From assembly GCF_003334405.1 (NCBI RefSeq), contig NZ_QOWM01000076.1: a stretch of DNA of 219 nucleotides; one strand, given 5' to 3'. The stretch's first letter is position 1. Each line of letters begins with the position of its first letter. Both the position numbers and the translations under genes were made by a program. Shown here piece after piece: positions 1 through 219 of the stretch. A model generated the notes under the pieces. The model ran no database searches and had not been told where the DNA came from. It worked only from the letters and a program-made list of their open reading frames with translations. Source of the stretch: Escherichia coli (GTDB lineage: Bacteria > Pseudomonadota > Gammaproteobacteria > Enterobacterales > Enterobacteriaceae).

Positions 1-1
1 G

Positions 2-77
2 TGGCGTCCCCTAGGGGATTCGAACCCCTGTTACCGCCGTGAAAGGGCGGTGTCCTGGGCCTCTAGACGAAGGGGAC
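2..77 (-). tRNA. tRNA-Glu (anticodon UUC), complete 76-nt gene with genomically encoded 3' CCA
   Basis: Reverse complement of 2-77 reads GTCCCCTTCGTCTAGAGGCCCAGGACACCGCCCTTTCACGGCGGTAACAGGGGTTCGAATCCCCTAGGGGACGCCA. It folds as a cloverleaf: 7-bp acceptor stem GTCCCCT/AGGGGAC, anticodon stem CCGCC/GGCGG around loop CUUUCAC (anticodon UUC, encoded as gaa at window 41-43), T-arm GGGG-TTCGAAT-CCCC, and terminal CCA (window 2-4). From memory this matches the E. coli tRNA-Glu found in rrn spacers (gltT/U/V/W family); which copy cannot be told from the sequence. Confidence 0.95.
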
Positions 78-162
78 GTATCAGTCTGCTTCGCAAGACG
101 CCTTGCTTTTCACTTTCTATCAGACAATCTGTGTGAGCACTGCAAAGAACGCTTCTTTAAGG
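78..162 (-). other. 16S-tRNA-Glu internal transcribed spacer (16S-proximal part of ITS1), part of the rrn primary transcript
   Basis: The 85 nt lie between the mature 16S 3' end and the tRNA-Glu 5' end. The transcript-sense sequence is CCTTAAAGAAGCGTTCTTTGCAGTGCTCACACAGATTGTCTGATAGAAAGTGAAAAGCAAGGCGTCTTGCGAAGCAGACTGATAC. Its start (CCTTAAAGAAGCG...GTGCTCACACAGATTGTCTGATAGAAAGTGAAAAGCAAGGCG) matches my recollection of the enterobacterial 16S 3'-flanking spacer. Boundaries are set by the adjacent RNA genes. Confidence 0.85.
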
Positions 163-219
163 TAAGGAGGTGATCCAACCGCAGGTTCCCCTACGGTTAC
201 CTTGTTACGACTTCACCCC
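163..219 (-). rRNA. rrs: 16S ribosomal RNA, 3'-terminal 57 nt (partial; gene continues beyond the window end)
   Basis: Reverse complement of 163-219 is GGGGTGAAGTCGTAACAAGGTAACCGTAGGGGAACCTGCGGTTGGATCACCTCCTTA, the universally conserved 3' terminus of bacterial 16S rRNA. It includes the anti-Shine-Dalgarno CCUCC (window 166-170 as ggagg on the + strand). The mature 3' end ...CCUCCUUA maps to window 163; the exact end may differ by a nucleotide or two between species. Confidence 0.97.

Noticed and set aside
5-29. GC-rich inverted repeat cccctaggggattcgaacccctg resembling a terminator hairpin
   Set aside because: It is the T-arm (GGGG-TTCGAAT-CCCC) plus part of the acceptor stem of tRNA-Glu on the opposite strand. 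It is fully explained by the tRNA cloverleaf and has no U-tract.
144-158. Small hairpin aaagaa-cgc-ttcttt (6-bp stem, 3-nt loop) next to the 16S 3' end
   Set aside because: The stem is AT-rich and weak, and it lies in spacer sequence expected to pair with the 16S leader in the long processing stem. There is no basis to call it an independent element.
163-176. Perfect Shine-Dalgarno-like motif taaggaggtgatcc on the + strand, which could be read as a strong ribosome binding site
   Set aside because: It is the reverse complement of the 16S rRNA 3' end (the anti-SD itself). A TGA (171-173) follows immediately, and there is no ATG anywhere in the window on either strand, so no ORF can follow it.
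1-219. Possible small protein-coding ORF or a novel accessory system, as the prompt suggested
   Set aside because: Neither strand contains an ATG, and all 219 nt are accounted for by the 16S 3' end, the spacer and tRNA-Glu. Nothing in the sequence supports a coding gene, mobile element, CRISPR repeat or other undescribed system.

Overview
The whole window is a segment of a bacterial ribosomal RNA (rrn) operon transcribed on the minus strand. Read 5'->3' on the transcript, it holds the last 57 nt of 16S rRNA (window 219->163), an 85-nt internal transcribed spacer (162->78), and a complete tRNA-Glu(UUC) with encoded CCA (77->2). The 16S tail and the tRNA match, from memory, the Escherichia coli / Enterobacterales sequences, so the source is most likely an enterobacterial or closely related gammaproteobacterial genome. 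There is no ATG on either strand and no protein-coding gene. I find no evidence of a novel or undescribed system; every base is accounted for by this conserved, multi-copy housekeeping locus. The findings below are low-interest structural notes.
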